Position numbers and translations under genes: made by a program. DNA of 64,000 nucleotides from Kudoa neothunni (lineage: Eukaryota; Animalia; Cnidaria): the NCBI GenBank assembly GCA_964304625.1, contig OZ199839.1, positions 9,965,201 to 10,029,200 on the forward strand. Reading direction: 5' to 3'. Of the stretch, positions 57,400 to 64,000 are shown piece after piece. The first letter of the stretch is position 1, and the number at the start of each line of letters is the position of its first letter. The notes beneath the pieces are model-generated. The model worked only from the letters and a program-made list of their open reading frames with translations. It did not search any database and was not told the DNA's origin.

Positions 57400-58330
57400 T
57401 TTTAACACGACTAATCACGTTTGACACGTTGTTTTCTATAAAGTCGATATAGTTCTATCAACTTAACCCCAACGGCCATATTATAGAATACGTGTAATTT
57501 CCTAACGAAATTTTTGCTCGCTCAAGAAAAGCCAGGCATATATTTAATTTTCAAATATATTCATTACATGTTTAGAGAGGGTAATTAATTCCTTTTTTAA
57601 TACTTTATTTAAACAGTCATTGAGATATATAGTCTCCCAGATTCTAGGGTTTTTTATTAATGAAATTCCGGTATTTCCGCTTGAATGTTCCTCAAGTATA
57701 TTCTACACGAATTGTATAACTTATTATGAGACAAACTAACTGTCTTTAATGTATAAAAGTTCCATGGATTAATCTCAAACATTTTATATTATTGTAATCA
57801 CGCCAATTGTTCGTCCGTCCGTACAGTCGAGCCCAAATTGACATTATTTAAAATAATATTTTCAAGAAGTTATCTGTGTCGAATCATTTTGATTTTTAGA
57901 AATCGTCTCCTTTTTCATCGAGTCCACCTACAATTTAATATTACTGACGCTTTAAAAGCTTTCCTACGCCGTATTTTGTATTTTCTTGTTGAGAAGGCGG
58001 TTTCATGAATTTTGACGATTATTTCTTCTTCCCGATTTCACGGGGTTATTCGTCTAATTTGAAAATCATTACGTTATCAACAATGGGTTATAATTCTACT
58101 ATTGTCGAATTTGTGGATATATATCCAAATGCTGATGCAAAGCTTCATATGCCGTATTTGAATGATGGCATCAATCGCAATAATAATTATCCACAAAGGA
58201 ATCCTCGAAATTTCAAATATTTTCCTATTATCAGTGAATCATCATTTCCTGCAAACAATGCACTTAAATAGATTATCGTCGTTTACATCCTTCCAAACCG
58301 TCTTGTACATAATCTCACCGTACACATATG
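57400..58330 (-). mobile_element. Merlin (ISXO2/IS1595-like) transposase pseudogene
   Basis: Minus-strand fragments FEISRIPLWIII, IVKIHETAFSTRKYKIRRR (cf. VEIDESKFGKRKYNRGR), IVGGLDEKG and LLENIILNNVNLGSTVRTD occur in the expected order. Termini not resolved. Confidence 0.7.
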
Positions 58331-58802
58331 TATAAAAATAATGCAAAAATCCCCTATGTTGGAAAATATTTATAATATATTAAAGGTAAAATCTAGAATA
58401 ACCACAATCAAATATTAAACTGGTTTCAGTACCTCCGAGGATGAATATTTTTGCAAAAATACTTATAATACGAACTTTTTTGAATGCTCGTGACAATCGG
58501 TGAAGATTACACGTATACTGGTAATTTTGCGTATTATTCTTATGCAGAGTTTATTTAATAAATATATTTTCAAAGTTACATTTTTAATAATTCAACCTGT
58601 AAAATATATATTTGATATATTGTAATAACTTATCAAGTAGCGTACTATTATTATTCCAAATAAATAACTTTAAATCTGATTGCGTGATCTTTTATAAATA
58701 TTAATAAGGACAATAAAAATTAAAACAAATTAGATATTGAATTGAACAAAAACAACAAATAATGAATAAACTGAGGATAAATAATGAAATAACATTTTCT
58801 TT

Positions 58803-61673
58803 TCATAGTTTATGCTTTGATCGAATTAAGATTACATATATAGCAACAACTGTCAAAATTATTCCAATCACAATTGGGATAATGATCGCGGGAATTATTA
58901 CTCTAAAAAAATAACGTCAGATGTTTATAAATTATTTTACTTTATGTTTTTCCTAAAAAATAATTAAGTTTAAATATTTAATTAATCAAAACTTTGATTC
59001 TGATGCAACTGCAACTGAGCTAGATATTTGTGTGACAACATCCTCTTCTTTATCAGTATTCCTTCGTTTCACTAATAACCCAATAATTAACACCGTAATT
59101 GGAAATCAGTGCATACTTATTCCATAAACAATTTCCGTTCCACTTATATTTTCGTCATCCGAGTAGTATATTGTTAAATTATAGTCATAATAGTCTCTAA
59201 GATTGGGAATAAAAAACTTTCTACACAGTGGGACGCTATTTCCACAATCAGATTCATCATTACGTACACACTGTTTCAAAAGTATTGAATTATCTATTCT
59301 ATCAATGGACGTAAGCTTCCAGTAACATGTATTGTCTGATTCTCTAATATCTTTCGGGAGTAGAGCTGTAATGTTAAGTTGATCGTTATCCCAATAATAT
59401 ATTATATTGAGTTTTTTTGAATCTATTATATGAATATGTTAATTTTGTACATAAAAATTAATTTTAAATGTCATGCACCTTGTGCAACTGTTATACATGT
59501 TGTTTCGGATAGTTCTATTTGAGGTTTCAAACAGATGATATACTCCTTCGAGCGATCGAAAGAGTCATAAAATTCAATGACATCACAAGAAGAATAACGT
59601 TCGCACCCAGTTTTATACTTCATCTTATTTTTTATAAAGTTATAAATATCAGTCTGCGTCGAACTGAGAGGAGAATTATCATTAAGACAATAGTGAAGAA
59701 GTCTGAATCCTCCAATATCTTCAACAAAAATTTCAAATTGACAGAGCATCTGGGACGCTATTAGGCATTGAAAATTCCCATATATCTGAACATCTTGGTT
59801 TTTATAACCGGAATATAGTCGGTAGCCACAATCAACTTATGAATAAAATATGTTAAACAATATAAGTAAAAAAAATTAAATTCACATACTAGGGATAATT
59901 GTGTTGTTGTAGTAAGTATTAATATCAACTTTTATTTTATGATCAAAACTTGGAATAATTCCTACAACTTCATATTCTTTATTACATAATCCACGACACG
60001 TTTTAAGACCGATACATGATGCTTCAAAAAACAAGTCGCTCTCCATCAGACTTATATAGTAAACACACGTCATTCCATGTAAGCTGATGTGAGGACTCAA
60101 AACATTCCCTTTTATCTTGAATATACCAGGTTGTTTCCCTGGGATTAATTCAAAATAGTCATTCGAATTATATCCTTCTATATTTATAATATTTTAACTA
60201 TATGACCATAAATAATAAGTAATGTTACTAGTTTCGAAGAATATCTTCTCGACATGCTCTATTTCTTCATTATTACCCAACTTAATGAATAAGGTGTATT
60301 TTTTACCCTCATGTAAACCTTCTATTTTTATACGACTACACAAAATTAGGCATTCTGTATTTCCTTCGCACGTAGTCACGATATCATGCTCTTTTATAGG
60401 AATATCTCTCCAATATAATGTGGAATTGCAAATATTATACTGAGATACATTCTCATTTTCATCATTATCATGTTGTAATGTGAATAATGTATTATCTAAT
60501 ACTATACTGTTGGTTGTTATATCAGAAACCAACCCGTAAGTAAAGCTTTTTTGTGGTCTAAAAACTATAAAAATAATAATTAAGGTATTAATAATAGAAT
60601 AATTATACCAAATTTGTGATCGATAAACCCAGAATTTTCTACGTTCAAGTCATGGTTCTTTGTTCTTATTCTTATCTGTACTATAGGAAATAGCTCATGA
60701 TAAATTTCAACATCCCTGCACGGTGCGTAGCATTCTTTATCTGTTTCTGTTCCGCCACAATTAGATGTGTATTCGTCATTGTTAGCGCCATTCGTTGATT
60801 TAGCTCTAATACTATAGTGACAAATATCTGCTGAAAAATCCTTAGTGAATGAAATAATGTATTTATTTATAGTTGAGGAGGGATTGTACGCCACAATGTA
60901 TTGAGGTTTATAAGTCTCCATAGTAGACCTCATGTATTTGTTCGGCATATAATAAAATAAATTAGGTTGGTAGGTACAATTTATTTCAAAGTAATTAATG
61001 TAGTGATGCATTTCAATAGTGCCGGAATGCTCACCATCATGCACCACATCACCCTCTATTCTAGTCATTTTCTTTTCTGAATTTGCATAATGTACGACGC
61101 ATTTGCCAAAATAATAGGTTTTAACATTAACATTTATATTATTTCCTTCACACATCATGTTCATTCTAAGATGAATCAAAGGAGCTAAATTTTTTCAAAT
61201 ATATTAAACTCAAAAATATATGCTTTACGTATTTGAAAACCAATAATATGTGTTTCCAATTGATGGATGGTATCATCAGACTTGCTTACTCTAATTTTGG
61301 CATATCTTGATTTTTTTGAAAGGAATGTATAGGCATATATTCCATTTTCACATGTAAAACTGCAGTAATTTTTTAAATCTGAAATATTTGTAGGTGGATT
61401 GCATGGATTCCAATCCTTGGTAATTTCGTCCGGTACGAGTATGGAAGCTAAACATTTTTGGTGGTTGTTGTCTACTGTATCCTCTACATTCAACATAAAC
61501 TTGGGGGTTTCCACATTCGTGTCGATTTCATAGGTGATGCTTCTTAATTCAGAGAGACAGCTTCCATACAATATACAGTAAACGATGCCTTTTTAATCAA
61601 TTATTGAAATATTTAGCTGTAAATTATATTTACACAAAATAGTGGAAATTTTAGTGTACGTCGAAGTTATCAT
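58803..61673 (-). CDS. Surface-protein paralogue F, 10 exons
   Basis: ATG at 61673 (MITSTYTKISTIL|CIVYCILYGSCLS). Six open domain exons, a stalk exon (KRRNTDKEEDVVTQISSSVAVASESK), micro-exon 58952-58941 and a TM exon VIIPAIIIPIVIGIILTVVAIYVILI-RSKHKL*. Confidence 0.86.
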
Positions 61674-62662
61674 TCGATTGATATGATATGGTTAATGTAA
61701 TTATTCTTTAGTTAACTATTTTAATAGTCCATATAAGTAGATTAATGAATTATAGCTATTAATATTTTATTGGTTGAATAAAAATTTAAATTTCTTTCTC
61801 CAAATATAATCATTATATTAAAATAACCTGTTTGTCTCTTATTCTCCATATCTAAAATCGAAAATAAAATAAGCCAAGTATTAAGTATTAAATCATTTTC
61901 ATGATTAATTTTTTTAATAAAAATTAGTTAAAATATTTTTACAAAATAATTTTTATTCTTTTAAGTATATATGTAATATGGCGAACTCGGTTATATCTTA
62001 TTATATTATTTAATTAATACCAATAAATTCTTAATTTTAAAAGTTTTAATTTGAATATTACATAATAGCTATAATTAAAAAATAATATTATTTAATTAAT
62101 GCCAATAAAAATTTGCTGCATAAGTTATCATTTTAAATTTTAAAAAATATTGAGATGCTACATCATCTTTCATAATTTAATAATAATAATTTGTTTTGAT
62201 AAACCTTTTTGACTCTTTATGTATTTTGAATATATTAAAGTTATTAGAAGCTTTTATAATAATAATAATAATAATAATAATGAATATTCAATATATTAAT
62301 AGCTTTTGGGGGGTTTCGTTATGTCTTAATTTCTAGGTTGATTTTATAGACTATTTATAATGGACTTCATAATAATATAGATGTAACTAATATAATATAA
62401 TATTAATCAGTTTTTTTAGAAGGTGATTACGTGACTTGTGCCATTTAATTGTTGGATAGTTCATGACTTGCAATCTTCGAATCATCTAATTCCGTGACAT
62501 TCCTTAAAATAGAATTTAATGTAATATAAAATTAATCTTTAAAAATAGTACTTAATAAATCTAATTATTCTTATATTGGGATAAATGTCAGTTAGTTTTA
62601 AATATAATGAGTTTTAATTTTAATATTAAGTAATAACTCTAAATAAAGAATTATACTTCTAA

Positions 62663-62692
62663 ACTAGCGCGAACTGCCCAGCTTCGCACGGG
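62663..62692 (-). mobile_element. Possible Helitron 3' terminus
   Basis: The minus strand reads CCCGTGCGAAGCTGGG (GC hairpin), CAGTTCGCG, CTAG|T, which is the usual Helitron 3' layout. The 5' end was not identified. Confidence 0.45.
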
Positions 62693-63215
62693 ATTTGAAA
62701 TATTTTATCGTAGAACATGTATATAAAATAAAGAAAAATATGAATTCTTTTCATTAATTTAGAGATAAAATTAAATTAATTCTTTTAATCCATATTTTTA
62801 ACGGCTGTAATAAGCGCAGTTAAAATTAAAATCATATTTGGGAGATCATTCAAATATCAATAACTGTACAACTCGATGATAACTTGCGGCGATTATTTTT
62901 TGTTTCTCAAATTAATATCTCTTTATCCGGCACATTTTCATACACTCTTTTATCAAAACAACGATGTAACACCTAGGTATAAACAAAAATATTTTAAATA
63001 ATTAGAAACTTATAATTTCAATCGATAAATTAAATCTTATTGCTTACAATTAAGTGTCACGAAATTTTAGGATCCAGGTTCAGTATTTAGGGCTTGAATC
63101 TCTCTGATTACAACATACGCAATTAAGTCTTAATTAATGTTGCAAATTTGCATATATATGTTATATCTAAAGTTATCTATAGAACTTTGATAGTGTTGTT
63201 ATAAAGTCGTATACA

Positions 63216-63281
63216 ATAGTGTAGGGTTATTACGCACTTTTTTGGGACAAACCTTTTAGGTGCGTAGTATCCCTGCAGTAT
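63216..63281. repeat. Short imperfect inverted repeat (collapsed MITE-like hairpin)
   Basis: AGGGTTATTACGCAC ... GTGCGTAGTATCCCT separated by about 23 nt. Confidence 0.4.
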
Positions 63282-64000
63282 TCATCCCCCTCCCCGCGCA
63301 TTGTGTCAGATGTATAATACTAACACGCGGTCGAATTTTTTATTTAAAAATTACATTTTCTTTCTTATATTAATGAGAACTCGTAGGCATTAAGACAGGT
63401 TGAACGTTAAACAAAAAACATCGAATAAATACATTGCAATTAATCGAGAATATCTAGATCTGTTTTAAATAGTCAGCTATTTTATTATTCTTTTACTAAC
63501 CGCATCTTATTTTACAGACGGGGAGTTTCAATTTTGTTTTATTTTCTAGCACTGGTGAGTCATGAGCAAAAATATTTTTTCTTAATTTATTTAAATGCTC
63601 AATAATTTCATTAATTGATTAAATAATGCCAGTTTTTTCATAATTTTCATCAGTAAACGAATCATTCTTTGCATCCCATCCACTTGATTATTTATTGAGT
63701 TAACATAGTTATCTTCTTGACCTCTAAATGAAGTAATTTCTTCTTTAACACAATCTTCAAGTTGATTTTCTTGTGAATTACTTCCAATCGAAGGATTAAT
63801 GACTTCTAATCCGCAATTATTAAAAAAGATGATTTCTAAAAACAGTTTTTGGTTAAACTACAGTATCTGTATACGAACTTCGGGCGGCGTCAAGCATATA
63901 ATCTGAAATAACAAATTTATGTTATTCTGTAGATAATATCATTATATTCTTAAAAAGAATGCTTAATTCTGTTTTAGCATATTTTTATAAATAAAAAATT

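Noticed and set aside
545-60443. Plus-strand ORFs overlapping the paralogue exons (545-820, 23544-23825, 24748-24936, 25334-25603, 31734-32066, 33205-33393, 28439-28639, 59519-59764, 60222-60443)
   Set aside because: They are antisense shadows of minus-strand exons and are not conserved between paralogues.
63590-63836. About 80 open codons on the minus strand after a TTTTAG, considered as the 3' end of a seventh paralogue
   Set aside because: It has no stalk, micro-exon or TM pattern and more likely is an acidic transposase C-terminal remnant.
46938-63891. Shared ~30-nt motif CAG..TCTGT.TA.GAACTTCG.GCGG.GTC at 46938 and 63861
   Set aside because: Probably a Tc1/pogo-like terminus, but no partner ends were found, so no element could be delimited.
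1-64000. Prokaryotic systems (CRISPR arrays, operons, defence islands), rRNA/tRNA, alternative genetic code
   Set aside because: No regularly spaced repeats or RNA-gene signatures were seen. ORF fragmentation is explained by spliceosomal introns under the standard code.

Overview
AT-rich eukaryotic DNA with very short GT-AG introns, mostly about 40-50 nt. The style suggests a compact-intron parasitic animal such as a myxozoan, but that is inference only. The main structure is a same-strand (minus) tandem array of six divergent paralogues (A-F) of a family I do not recognise. Splicing by hand gives type I membrane proteins of about 800 aa: signal peptide, seven ~100-aa Cys-patterned beta-rich (FN3/Ig-like) modules on phase 1-1 exons, a variable-length stalk, a conserved 12/18-nt micro-exon, one TM helix and a very short tail. 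One plus-strand six-exon gene encodes a secreted five-Kunitz-domain protein; four domains lack the Cys14-Cys38 bridge and the tail is acidic. There is also a multi-TM pseudogene. The spacers and two long introns hold mostly dead, often nested DNA transposons (MULE, IS630/Tc1, pogo/Tigger, hAT/Buster, piggyBac, Merlin, a possible Helitron end). I saw no rRNA, tRNA or CRISPR. All gene models are manual and lack transcript support.
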